Translations under genes and position numbers: made by a program | DNA from: an uncultured Bacilli bacterium | GTDB taxonomy: Bacteria; Bacillota_I; Bacilli_A; RF39; UBA660 | Length of the DNA stretch: 37,863 nt | NCBI GenBank assembly: GCA_947595345.1 | Contig: CANQEQ010000002.1 | Span: 1-37,863 of the forward strand | Direction of reading: 5' to 3' | Shown: positions 27,018 to 36,068 of the stretch, in pieces | Layout of the letters: each line of letters begins with the position of its first letter | Position numbering within the stretch: the first letter of the stretch is position 1 | The notes under the pieces: generated by a model | Database searches by the model: none | Told to the model about the DNA's origin: nothing | What the model saw: only the letters and a program-made list of their open reading frames with translations

Positions 27018-29162
27018 TTATATATCCTCTCTTAAATAATTAATTCCCATTTCAAAATATTTAGTTCCATCTTTTATAGTATCTTTATAATCATATATAT
27101 AAGTTAAATTATTTTTTTCTTTTATTAAATAATTATTTTTAAATCTATCTCTTAAATATTTAGGTTCTTTGTAATAATTACTTAATTTAGCTTTTAAAAC
27201 CATAAGTTCCATTTTTGTTTTTATAATTAACTCTAAATTAGGTTCTTTCTTATAACGTTTTTTATAAGCATTTATTAAAGCTTCTATATCATTATCTAAA
27301 AGTTCTAAAGATAAGGTTACTCTTTTAACACCAAGTGAATGTAAAAGAGCTACGGTATAAGAATTCGTTACATTAAATGAAAAATCAGTTTCTACATTAC
27401 TTAATTTTTCTAAAGCTCCAACCTCACCTACTAAATATTCTTTTTTAGGTTCAATACTATTATAATTATCCATAACTTTAGGAAGTTTTAAAATATAATT
27501 ATTATTTACTAACTCTAAGTTTTCAGTATAAATATATTTATATTTAGAGTTTTCTACTTTTTTATTTGTTAGTAAAGTATAACCTTTTTCTTTTTTAAAA
27601 TCAGGTAAATTTATTTGATAAGTTTCTTCTTTAAATTCTTTTTTAAAATTTAAAAGACGTTTTTCATTAAGTAAATCTAAAGCTTCTCGTTTTAAATTAT
27701 TCAAACTACTTATTGGTATAAATAAATTATTATCTAAATCTACTTTAAATTCTAATACGCTATAAATTGTATTCCCTACTTTTCCTAATTTTTCTTTAAT
27801 AATATCCTTGTTAAGAGGTTTATTAATTGATTTAAGAGGAATACTTCCATATACTTCTACTTTATTAATATTATCAGAGACTATTAACTTAACTTTTTCC
27901 TTTTCTTTTATAAAAATAGACATTTTAATTGGTATTTTAGGAGGTTCTTCTTTTAGTTTTCTTTCTATTTCTTCTTCTATTAAATAAGAACTTGTTTTTA
28001 AAACTTTACTATTTATAGGAATAGAAGTGTTAAGAGTTAAAGATATAATATCTCCTTTTAAAGCCTTATAAACTTGTTTGTTGTTTATTTTAAATTCATT
28101 TAATAAAAATCCATAAGTAAAATCTTTAGAAACTAATCTTAAACCATCATGAATGGACACATCTGATTGTAATTTTATTTTTATATTCCGACCACATACA
28201 TCAATTACCTGGCCTATTAATACTCCTTGATGATTAGGACTTTTAGGATTAAAAACATCACAATCTTTTAATATAAAACCTTTAGTATAAGTTCTATTAA
28301 AAACCGTCATTAACTTAAATAAATCTTCCTTATTATATTTAAGAGAACCAGTTTGTAAATAATTATCACGTGCTTCTTTATATAACTTAGATACTAAATA
28401 AACATAGCTAGGAGATTTCATTCTTCCTTCAATTTTTAAACTATCAACCCCAGCTTCTATTAAAATATTAAGATAATCTAAAGTCATTAAATCCCTCATA
28501 CTTAAAGGATATTTATCTTTATTTAATATTTTATTATCTTTAGAAACTACATCATAAGGAAGACGACAACAACCAGAGCAAGTTCCCCGATTTCCACTTC
28601 TTAGACCAATACTTCTTGCAAATAAACACATCCCAGAATAAGAAGCACATAAAGCCCCATGAACAAATACTTCAACTTCTAACTTCGTTTCTTTTTTGAT
28701 TTTTCTAACTAAATCTAAACTACATTCCCGAGCTAAAACTACTCTTTTTACTCCTAATTTTTCTACAAATTTTGCCCCTTCTAAATTATGAATATGCATT
28801 TGAGTTGAAGCATGAATTTCTAAATTAGGAAACTTCTTATGAACTAAATCTATCATACCCAAGTCTTGCATGATTAAAGCATCAACATTATTCTTATGTA
28901 AAAATTCTACATACTTTAAAAAATTAGGAACTTCTCTTTCATATAATAAAATATTACAAGTAACATAAACTTTTACTCCGAATAAATGTGCTTCATTTAT
29001 TACTTTAATTAATTCTTCTTCTGTAAAATTATCAGCAAAACTTCTAGCTCCATACATTTTTCCAGCTAAATAAATAGCATCAGGTAAGGCTAATAAGGCA
29101 CTTTTAAACATTGAATAAGAACCAACTGGTGCTAAAATTTCAACTTTTTTCATACTCATCAC
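27018..29162 (-). CDS. Peptidase U32 family protein (long form with C-terminal extension)
   Basis: VEILAPVGS...EVFVHGALCASYSGMCLFA approximates the U32 signature (E-x-F-x2-G-[SA]-[LIVM]-C-x4-G-x-C). 714 aa. The exact start is uncertain: GTG 29162, ATG 29159 or ATG 29153. Confidence 0.82.
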   Translation of the reverse strand: MMSMKKVEILAPVGSYSMFKSALLALPDAIYLAGKMYGARSFADNFTEEELIKVINEAHLFGVKVYVTCNILLYEREVPNFLKYVEFLHKNNVDALIMQDLGMIDLVHKKFPNLEIHASTQMHIHNLEGAKFVEKLGVKRVVLARECSLDLVRKIKKETKLEVEVFVHGALCASYSGMCLFARSIGLRSGNRGTCSGCCRLPYDVVSKDNKILNKDKYPLSMRDLMTLDYLNILIEAGVDSLKIEGRMKSPSYVYLVSKLYKEARDNYLQTGSLKYNKEDLFKLMTVFNRTYTKGFILKDCDVFNPKSPNHQGVLIGQVIDVCGRNIKIKLQSDVSIHDGLRLVSKDFTYGFLLNEFKINNKQVYKALKGDIISLTLNTSIPINSKVLKTSSYLIEEEIERKLKEEPPKIPIKMSIFIKEKEKVKLIVSDNINKVEVYGSIPLKSINKPLNKDIIKEKLGKVGNTIYSVLEFKVDLDNNLFIPISSLNNLKREALDLLNEKRLLNFKKEFKEETYQINLPDFKKEKGYTLLTNKKVENSKYKYIYTENLELVNNNYILKLPKVMDNYNSIEPKKEYLVGEVGALEKLSNVETDFSFNVTNSYTVALLHSLGVKRVTLSLELLDNDIEALINAYKKRYKKEPNLELIIKTKMELMVLKAKLSNYYKEPKYLRDRFKNNYLIKEKNNLTYIYDYKDTIKDGTKYFEMGINYLREDI

Positions 29163-29224
29163 TTCGCGATTAATTATAGCAAAAAGAAAGCTAATTGTAA
29201 ATTTATTTTTTAATTCAAATAAAA

Positions 29225-29251
29225 AACTAAACTATGTTCTCTAATTTAGTT
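29225..29251 (-). terminator. Intrinsic terminator after nth
   Basis: 7-bp stem AACTAAA/TTTAGTT (29225-29231 pairs with 29245-29251) with a 13-nt loop. On the minus strand it is followed by UUUUUAUUU. It lies about 18 nt after the nth stop. Confidence 0.5.
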
Positions 29252-29269
29252 CTTACTTTTAAAATTAAT

Positions 29270-29902
29270 TTATTTTTTTATATAATCTTTATTACAAAAA
29301 TCTTCTAGTTTACAGTCTGAACAGTCTGGTTTAATCGCCTTACATTTATATCTTCCAAATAAAACTAATTGCTTATGTAATTTATTCCAATTTTCTTTTT
29401 TAAATATTTTTTTTAATTTATTTTCTATCTCTAAAGGATTTGAAGAATTAACTAACCTTAGACGATTAGAAACTCTAATAACATGGGTATCAACAGCCAG
29501 AGAAGGAATATCATATAATTCTCCTAAAACAACATTAGCTGTTTTCCTGCCTACTCCACTCATACTTTCAAGTTCTAAGTGGGTTCTTGGAACTTTAGAA
29601 TTAAATCTTTCTATTAAGTCTTTAGAAATATTTTTAACATTTAAAGCTTTTTTATTATAATTTCCAATTGGTTTAATAATTTGTTTTATATCATTAAGAG
29701 GGGCTTTACTTAATTTTTCTAAAGTATCATACTTAGAAAATAATACTTTTGTTACTTTATTTACTCCTTTATCAGTTGTCTGAGCCGATAACATAACAGC
29801 AATCAATAACTCATAATCCTTACTATAATTAAGTTCACATTTAGGATTTTTAAACAAAAAATCTAAATATTCTTCAATTTTCAATGTATTCTTCTTCGTC
29901 AT
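29270..29902 (-). CDS. nth: Endonuclease III
   Basis: HhH-GPD fold (LESMSGVGRKTANVVL, VDTHVIRVSNRL) and a C-terminal 4Fe-4S ligand pattern C-x6-C-x2-C-x5-C (CKAIKPDCSDCKLEDFC). Confidence 0.9.
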   Translation of the reverse strand: MTKKNTLKIEEYLDFLFKNPKCELNYSKDYELLIAVMLSAQTTDKGVNKVTKVLFSKYDTLEKLSKAPLNDIKQIIKPIGNYNKKALNVKNISKDLIERFNSKVPRTHLELESMSGVGRKTANVVLGELYDIPSLAVDTHVIRVSNRLRLVNSSNPLEIENKLKKIFKKENWNKLHKQLVLFGRYKCKAIKPDCSDCKLEDFCNKDYIKK

Positions 29903-30575
29903 CTAACCAATCCCAACCTTCCAAAGAAGCTTCAAGGTATGAATTATCTTCATTTTGAGTTTCACTTAAGTTTTTTTTATCTTTCTCTAAATCTAAAGGT
30001 GAACTTATTCCCCGAGCTTTAAAATCTATTAAAATTCTATCTACGTATTTTAAACTATATACTCCCTCATCAAGAGCTATTTTAATTGCTTCTTTAATTA
30101 AATCTTTATTTATTTTATTAGCAACCCATCCATTTATAGTTTCAATTTCTATACTATTTAAAGTTCTTCCTAATTCTTTTTCAATAAAAGGCAAGATGTC
30201 ATTGTCATCATCTTCTGCTTTAGAATTATTAATAACTAAAGTACTTATTTTCTCATAAAAATTATCTAAATTTATTACTTCTTCTAAAACATTAGCATCA
30301 CTATTTCTAACTTCTAAAGTCAAATATCCTTTATCAGTTAAAACAGCAATATAACCCATAACTTCCATAATATCAATATTCAAGTCTTTAGCAATTGTAT
30401 CAGGATTAAAATCTAAATTATTTTGTTTATTATATAAATACATTAAAAACATAAACTCTTCCATAGTTAAGTTTAATTTTTTAAAATATTTTAAAATATA
30501 AAGAGGAATAACAATATTCCCATCACCTATAATTTTATTAATTTTTTGTTTGTTCATAAGCCACCTATTTTGCAT
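29874..30575 (-). CDS. dnaD: Replication initiation/membrane attachment protein DnaD
   Basis: N-terminal winged-helix-like region (IPLYILKYFKKLNLTMEEFMFLMYLY) and a C-terminal DnaD/DnaB_2 domain (FIEKELGRTLNSIEIETINGWV...SLKYVDRILIDFKARGI). The dnaD-nth adjacency matches B. subtilis. Confidence 0.8.
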   Translation of the reverse strand: MQNRWLMNKQKINKIIGDGNIVIPLYILKYFKKLNLTMEEFMFLMYLYNKQNNLDFNPDTIAKDLNIDIMEVMGYIAVLTDKGYLTLEVRNSDANVLEEVINLDNFYEKISTLVINNSKAEDDDNDILPFIEKELGRTLNSIEIETINGWVANKINKDLIKEAIKIALDEGVYSLKYVDRILIDFKARGISSPLDLEKDKKNLSETQNEDNSYLEASLEGWDWLDDEEEYIEN

Positions 30576-31047
30576 TTATTAAGATAGAATATTTATAAGT
30601 TGCATCTTTTAAAGTTTCATTTGCATATACATATATTTTATAAGTATCCTTGCTTTTGGACTTTATATTTCCTTCATATAAAAGATTATCTTTAACTTCA
30701 CTTAAAAGTCCCCTTTTAACCTCTTTCTCACCTAAATAAATAATATAATTAAGATTACTTCTTTCTAAATTTTCTAAAGTATCTTTTATTTTCATTGTAA
30801 ATTTAACATTACTGTTTTCCTTATTTTCTATTACAAAGATATAAGGATAAGTTTTAAGAGCTTCCTCTTCACTTTTTTTATCTAAACTTTCTACTGAAAA
30901 TTCCTTAGTATCTTCAAAAGTTACTAATAGATTAATATCATTATATAAACTTTTTTCAAGAGCATAAGCTAAAAAATAACTTACTCCAACAGCTAAAAGA
31001 CATATACCTACTATCCCCATTATTTTACCTATTAGTAATCTTTTCAT
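30565..31047 (-). CDS. Small N-terminally anchored protein of unknown function
   Basis: 160 aa with one N-terminal TM/signal segment (IMGIVGICLLAVGVSYFLAYAL). The beta-rich remainder ends with LYEGNIKSKSKDTYKIYVYANETLKDATYKYSILINA, which is similar in pattern to part of the 313-1473 protein. Confidence 0.55.
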   Translation of the reverse strand: MKRLLIGKIMGIVGICLLAVGVSYFLAYALEKSLYNDINLLVTFEDTKEFSVESLDKKSEEEALKTYPYIFVIENKENSNVKFTMKIKDTLENLERSNLNYIIYLGEKEVKRGLLSEVKDNLLYEGNIKSKSKDTYKIYVYANETLKDATYKYSILINAK

Positions 31048-31054
31048 ATATACC

Positions 31055-32008
31055 TCACTTCTTATGATTTAATAAATAAGAAAATATCAAAAAGCCAAGT
31101 CTAGTTGTATCATGTCTAAATATTCCCTCATCAGATGTTATTAAATCGTCTTCTATAATTTCTATATCACTTAAATTTTCTCTATCTAAAATAACTGGAT
31201 CTTTTTGTTCTTCAGTTTCATATTTCTTAACAAGTTCTGAATCCATTTCTTCATGATTAAATATTCCTACACTTACTTTTTTCTTACCTAAGTAACTATT
31301 CATTAAATTAATATGGTCACTGGCTTTAAAATCGTCAGTTTCTCCAGGTTGGGTTACAATGTTACAAACATACATAACTTTAGCCTCACTTTTATCAATG
31401 GCATCTGTTATTTCTTTGCAAATCAAAGTTGGTATAATACTTGTATAAATACTTCCCATACTAAGAACAATTAAATCAGCATGACGAATAGCCTTTAAGG
31501 CATCAGGACTAACTTTAGGTTCACTTTTATAAAATACTTTTTTTATTTTCTTAGAAGATTTTGTTATATTATGTTCTCCTTCAACAACAGTATCATCTTC
31601 CATTAATCCCATTAAAGTTATAGAATTATCTTCACTTAAAGGAATAACTTTTCCTTTTAAATTTAAAACTTTACCTAAAGATTTAATACCTTTACTCATA
31701 TTACCAGTTATATTAGTCATAGCTGTTAAAAGCAAATTTCCAACTGTATGACCATTTAAGTCACTTGTTGTTTTAAATCTATAATTCATAAGTTCTTCAA
31801 TTAAAGGTTCAGTCTCCGATAAAGCACATAAAACTCGTCTTATATCTCCTACGGCTACTTGATTAAATTCTTCCCGAAGACGACCTGTTGACCTTCCATC
31901 ATCACATACTGAAACAATAGCTGTTATATCAACTGGAAATTCTTTCAAGCCCCGAAGTAAATAAGAAAGTCCTGTTCCTCCACCTAAAACCACTACTTTT
32001 TTGTTCAT
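31055..32008 (-). CDS. yvcK: YvcK/GlmR-family (CofD-like, UPF0052) protein
   Basis: KKVVVLGGGTGLSYLLRGLK...VSVCDDGRSTGRLR...GHTVGNLLL are typical of the family. I prefer ATG 32008, which has AGGTG 6 nt upstream; the track start is GTG 32017. Confidence 0.88.
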   Translation of the reverse strand: MNKKVVVLGGGTGLSYLLRGLKEFPVDITAIVSVCDDGRSTGRLREEFNQVAVGDIRRVLCALSETEPLIEELMNYRFKTTSDLNGHTVGNLLLTAMTNITGNMSKGIKSLGKVLNLKGKVIPLSEDNSITLMGLMEDDTVVEGEHNITKSSKKIKKVFYKSEPKVSPDALKAIRHADLIVLSMGSIYTSIIPTLICKEITDAIDKSEAKVMYVCNIVTQPGETDDFKASDHINLMNSYLGKKKVSVGIFNHEEMDSELVKKYETEEQKDPVILDRENLSDIEIIEDDLITSDEGIFRHDTTRLGFLIFSYLLNHKK

Positions 32009-32084
32009 AATCATCACCTATATAATATAATTGTCTTCTTAAATTAATTATACACTAAAATATCTTTTTTGCCACCCTTTTTTC

Positions 32085-33698
32085 TTAAATTCTATTTTTT
32101 TCTCGTAATTTTTTAATTTCTTCATTTTGCATATAAGAAGCATAATCTACTCGTCTATCAACAATTGTTCCATTTTCAAAAATTTCTATAATTCTATTGG
32201 CTACTGTTTCGTTTAATTCATAGTCAACACTTGTAAATAAAATTTCTCCTTTAAAATTATTAAGTCCTTTATTTAAAGATGTAATACTTTCAAGGTCTAA
32301 GTGATTAGTCGGTTCATCAAGTAATAGAACATTTGGTTCTAAAAGCATCATTAAAGATAACATACAACGAGCTTTCTCACCACCTGATAGGACATTAACA
32401 GGTTTAAATACTTCTTCGCCAGAAAATAACATTCTTCCAAGAAAACCTCTTAAAACTTCTACATCATCAATTTTTTTAAATTTACCAATCCACTCAATTA
32501 TATTTTCAGAGCCTTTAAAATACTCTGTATTATCATTTTTAAAATAAGCTAAATTAGAGTTTACACACCATTTAATTTCACCACTTGTATATTTTAAATT
32601 TTTAGTTAAAACATCAAAAAGTAAAGTCTTTTGAATATTAGAACCTAAAATTAAGATTTTATCACCTTTTAAAACTGTGAAATTAATTTTATTTAAAAGA
32701 CGAGAAGTTCCATTTTGAACTGTTAAATTAGTAACTCTTAAAACTTCCTGACTATTTTCTTTTTCAAATTTAAAATCTATATAAGGATATTTTCTTGACG
32801 ATGGTACTAATTCTTCTAATTCAATTTTTTCTAAAATCTTCTTCCTAGAAGTTGCTTGTCTACTTTTAGAAGCATTAGCTGAAAATCTAGCAATAAATTC
32901 TTTTAGTTCTTTAATTTTATCTTCTTTCTTCCGATTAGCATCTTTGATTTGTTTTAATAGAAGTTCACTTGATTCACAGTAAAAATCATAATTACCAGCA
33001 TATAAAGTAATTTTTTTATAATCTATATCTAAAATATTCGTACAAACATTATTTAAAAAATGTCTATCATGGCTTACTACAATTACTAAGTTTTTATAAT
33101 TAATAATAAATTCTGATAACCAATTAACAGCTTCAATATCTAAATGGTTTGTAGGTTCATCAAGTAATAATATATCCGGATTTTGAAATAAACTTTTAGC
33201 AAGTAGGACTTTAACTTTAATATTATTTTCAAGTTCTTGCATTTTTTTGTAATGTAAACTATTATCTATTCCTAAATTAGCCAGTAAGGTTGCAGCTTCA
33301 CTTTCTGCTTCCCAACCATTAAGTTCTAAAAATTCAGCTTCTAATTCGCCAAGTCTTAGGCCATCTTCTTCGGTGAATTCTGTGTGTGAATATAATTCTT
33401 CTTTTTCAAGTTTTATATCATATAATTTTTTATTACCCATTATAACAACATCAATTACTGTATAGTTATCATATTTAAAATGGTCTTGCTCTAAAGTTGA
33501 TATTCTATCGTTTTTAGAAATTACAATTTCCCCAGTTGTTGTTTCAAGTTCTCCATTTATAAGTTTTAAAAAAGTTGATTTACCAGCTCCATTTGCTCCA
33601 ATTACACCATAGCAAGCTCCATCAGTTAATTTTAAATTAACATTTTCAAATAAGGTTTTCGTTCCAAATCTTAAACTAACATTATTAATATTTATCAT
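32085..33698 (-). CDS. ABC-F family ATPase (no TM domain) with an asymmetric pair of ATP sites
   Basis: Two NBDs are joined by a charged linker (KDANRKKEDKIKELKEFIARFSANASKSRQATSRKK). NBD1 has Walker A GANGAGKST and Walker B ILLLDEPTNHLD. NBD2 has signature LSGGEKAR and Walker B VLLLDEPTNHLD. The NBD1 signature (LENNIKVK), NBD2 Walker A (GSNIQKT) and NBD2 H-loop (SVD in place of SHD) are degenerate. Confidence 0.9.
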   Translation of the reverse strand: MININNVSLRFGTKTLFENVNLKLTDGACYGVIGANGAGKSTFLKLINGELETTTGEIVISKNDRISTLEQDHFKYDNYTVIDVVIMGNKKLYDIKLEKEELYSHTEFTEEDGLRLGELEAEFLELNGWEAESEAATLLANLGIDNSLHYKKMQELENNIKVKVLLAKSLFQNPDILLLDEPTNHLDIEAVNWLSEFIINYKNLVIVVSHDRHFLNNVCTNILDIDYKKITLYAGNYDFYCESSELLLKQIKDANRKKEDKIKELKEFIARFSANASKSRQATSRKKILEKIELEELVPSSRKYPYIDFKFEKENSQEVLRVTNLTVQNGTSRLLNKINFTVLKGDKILILGSNIQKTLLFDVLTKNLKYTSGEIKWCVNSNLAYFKNDNTEYFKGSENIIEWIGKFKKIDDVEVLRGFLGRMLFSGEEVFKPVNVLSGGEKARCMLSLMMLLEPNVLLLDEPTNHLDLESITSLNKGLNNFKGEILFTSVDYELNETVANRIIEIFENGTIVDRRVDYASYMQNEEIKKLREKNRI

Positions 33699-33780
33699 AG
33701 TATCCTCTCAAACTCTATTAGTTTATCATAAATAAGAAAAAAATAAAAGAATTTATATTCTATTAAAATATAAAATAAAA

Positions 33781-33820
33781 AGAAAAAAAGCAAAGAATTT
33801 TTTTGTTTATCCTTAGCTTT
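33781..33820 (-). terminator. Probable intrinsic terminator after the 138-aa gene
   Basis: The minus strand reads GAAAAGCUAAGGA-(12-nt loop)-UUCUUUGCUUUUUUUCU. This is an imperfect ~11-bp stem (one mismatch, one G-U) followed by a U7 run, starting 3 nt after the stop at 33823-33825. Confidence 0.45.
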
Positions 33821-33822
33821 TC

Positions 33823-34239
33823 TTAATGACTATGTTTATATAAAATTCCTCCAATATCAATAAAGAAAATATAAAAAACATTATTAATTAATCTACCAAT
33901 TACCCTAGCTAATATGGGATTATCATTAGTATATAATCTAAAAATTGCATATTTCTTATCATCAAAGTTTCTATGAGAATTTCCAGCAAAAAAGGCGACA
34001 TCTATTTCTTTTTTTATATCAACTTTTTCAAATTCTAATCCTATATTTTTAGAATAGGAGCATAATTCTAAATAAGGAATTCTAGATAATTCTCTAATTC
34101 GTTTTAAAAATTGAAGTTTATATTCATCTGTAAAACCTTTTTCATAATTTATAAAAGAAAAATTAAATTTTATATGTGTCGGACTGAAATAATTAGTACA
34201 CTTAGTATTTACCTTACCTATTTTATTTTTTACTCCCAT
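33823..34239 (-). CDS. Uncharacterised 138-aa protein, candidate toxin partner of the adjacent Panacea/DUF4065 gene
   Basis: The ORF starts 6 nt after the upstream stop. It has no TM segment, P-loop, HEPN Rx4-6H, Fic or HNH motif that I can see. The C-terminal beta-type segment is KYAIFRLYTNDNPILARVIGRLINNVFYIFFIDIGGILYKH. Confidence 0.55.
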   Translation of the reverse strand: MGVKNKIGKVNTKCTNYFSPTHIKFNFSFINYEKGFTDEYKLQFLKRIRELSRIPYLELCSYSKNIGLEFEKVDIKKEIDVAFFAGNSHRNFDDKKYAIFRLYTNDNPILARVIGRLINNVFYIFFIDIGGILYKHSH

Positions 34240-34245
34240 AAAATA

Positions 34246-34755
34246 CTATTCTAATATTTCTCTTTTGAAATATTCCATTATTAAAGTATTATCAATTTTC
34301 TTATTTTTATTTTGAACGTAAGTATTATACCAAGGACTACCAACTTCATGTGTCATATTTCTTAATTGCCAAGCTGTATAAATTGCAAAGTTATCATAAG
34401 TCATATTAAGAACATCTCTAGCTTTAGTATCCGTTTCAATTTTTCTTATAACTAAAGCACTACAAGGTGCATCTTCTAATTTTAATTCGCATCTTCCTTT
34501 ATCTTTAAAAATTTCAAAAACTCTCTTTATTACAGGTCCATGTTCCCAAGCCTCAATTGCTTCCTTGAAAAGGGGACAACCATATTTAGCTAAACTAATT
34601 CCTTGTGCATAATAAAGTAATTTTTGAAGTTTCAAATGGGTTAAATCTTCATATACTTCATAGTCTTCATTATCAACTTGTATCTCTTTTTTCATAGCAT
34701 TATTTTTATATATAAACCAAGTGGCTATATCTAATGCACTATATTCATTTTTCAT
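34246..34755 (-). CDS. DUF4065 / Panacea-domain protein (SocA/GepA/PanA-like putative antitoxin)
   Basis: YSALDIATWFIYK..., LTHLKLQKLLYYAQGISLAKYGCPLF and AWEHGPVIKRVF are hallmark DUF4065 blocks. I place the start at ATG 34755, with AGGAG 7-8 nt upstream. The track ORF extends to 34842 but without an SD. Confidence 0.78.
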   Translation of the reverse strand: MKNEYSALDIATWFIYKNNAMKKEIQVDNEDYEVYEDLTHLKLQKLLYYAQGISLAKYGCPLFKEAIEAWEHGPVIKRVFEIFKDKGRCELKLEDAPCSALVIRKIETDTKARDVLNMTYDNFAIYTAWQLRNMTHEVGSPWYNTYVQNKNKKIDNTLIMEYFKREILE

Positions 34756-34842
34756 AATTTTACTCCTATAATTATCCTTTATTCCACTTATAAGATAACA
34801 TATATTAGAAAAATATTCTACATTTTTTCTAAATATTTCCAT

Positions 34843-35322
34843 TTAATTGTATTTAAACTTTTTATTTTTAAAAATAATTTCTAATAAAATATAAAAACTT
34901 AAATTTAAAATTAAACTATGAGAAAACTTATAGAATAAATCTTTAAGTGTTACTGTATTATACTTAGTTAAATAAACTAACAAAAATAGAAAAAAATCAT
35001 ATAAGAAAATACAAACTATAACTATAATAAAATTCGTAAAAACATTATATCTTATATACTTATTTATTTTTTTAATGAATTTAGCCAAAATTAGAAAAAC
35101 TAAACTATTAAATAAAAATATATAAGAAAATAAAATATCATATAAAAATCCCATAATAAAAACTAATCTAAAATAATATTTATCTTTAACTTTTCCATAT
35201 AAAAAAACAATTAAAGTTAAAGTTAATAAAGGAAAAAAATAATTTAACTTATTAAAATAAATTGGTATAAAATAACTTAGAATAGTATCAAGTAAAATAG
35301 TAATCAATATTAAAATATACAT
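34843..35322 (-). CDS. mreD: Rod shape-determining protein MreD
   Basis: 159-aa polytopic membrane protein lying 11 nt after mreC. The call rests on position, size and hydropathy only. Confidence 0.65.
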   Translation of the reverse strand: MYILILITILLDTILSYFIPIYFNKLNYFFPLLTLTLIVFLYGKVKDKYYFRLVFIMGFLYDILFSYIFLFNSLVFLILAKFIKKINKYIRYNVFTNFIIVIVCIFLYDFFLFLLVYLTKYNTVTLKDLFYKFSHSLILNLSFYILLEIIFKNKKFKYN

Positions 35323-35333
35323 AATAATCCTCT

Positions 35334-36068
35334 CTAATTTTCTCTAATTAAAACTTTTACAAAATTAAAATCTGAAAAATTACTAGCTGGGGTTACATTT
35401 ATAATTTTAGAAACATCATATTTATCTTTCTCTATACTAGAAACTTCGCCTATTAAAATACCACTTGGAAATACTCCTCCCATACCACTTGTATAAACTT
35501 TACTCCCTTTTTCTATCTCTAAATTTTTATTAGTTGATGTTACTTCTAATAAATTATCATTATCCTTATAACCAGACATAATTCCATAAACTTTAGTATC
35601 TTTAAGTTTTATTGTAACTGATATTTTAGAATTAATATCATTAGTTGTAATTAATTTAACAAGACTTGTTCTAGAACCTACTTTACTTATTTTTCCAATT
35701 AAACCATCACTTGAAATAACAGCCATATCTTCTTTTATTCCATCTTTACTTCCTAAATTAATTGTAATCGTATTAAACCAATACATTTTATTTCTTTCAA
35801 CAACAACTCCTGTTTTAGAATCAAAATCTACTAAGGTACTACTTAAATCATTAATTTTCTTTAACTCTTCATATTCTTTTTTTAATTCTTCATTAATACC
35901 ATCTTGTAAGTCTCTACTTATTGATAAATCACTTTTAGCTTTAACCGGAAAATAAATTATATCTTTAAGAAAATAAAAAGGTTCAAAAAAATTAATAGAT
36001 GTCTTAATTGCTAAAAAAGAAATTAGATAAATAATTATTAAAATAACAATAGTTTTAATTTTTACCAT
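35334..36068 (-). CDS. mreC: Rod shape-determining protein MreC
   Basis: N-terminal TM segment, a coiled coil (EELKKEYEELKKINDL), then GLIGKISKVGSRTSLVKLITT and TSGMGGVFPSGILIGEV, which are typical MreC beta-domain motifs. Confidence 0.85.
   Translation of the reverse strand: MVKIKTIVILIIIYLISFLAIKTSINFFEPFYFLKDIIYFPVKAKSDLSISRDLQDGINEELKKEYEELKKINDLSSTLVDFDSKTGVVVERNKMYWFNTITINLGSKDGIKEDMAVISSDGLIGKISKVGSRTSLVKLITTNDINSKISVTIKLKDTKVYGIMSGYKDNDNLLEVTSTNKNLEIEKGSKVYTSGMGGVFPSGILIGEVSSIEKDKYDVSKIINVTPASNFSDFNFVKVLIREN

Noticed and set aside
34756-34842. 29-codon N-terminal extension of the DUF4065 ORF (track start 34842)
   Set aside because: The extension abuts the mreD stop with no SD, whereas ATG 34755 has AGGAG 7-8 nt upstream. 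DUF4065 proteins normally begin close to the ...Y-x-A-x-D-I/V-A... block.
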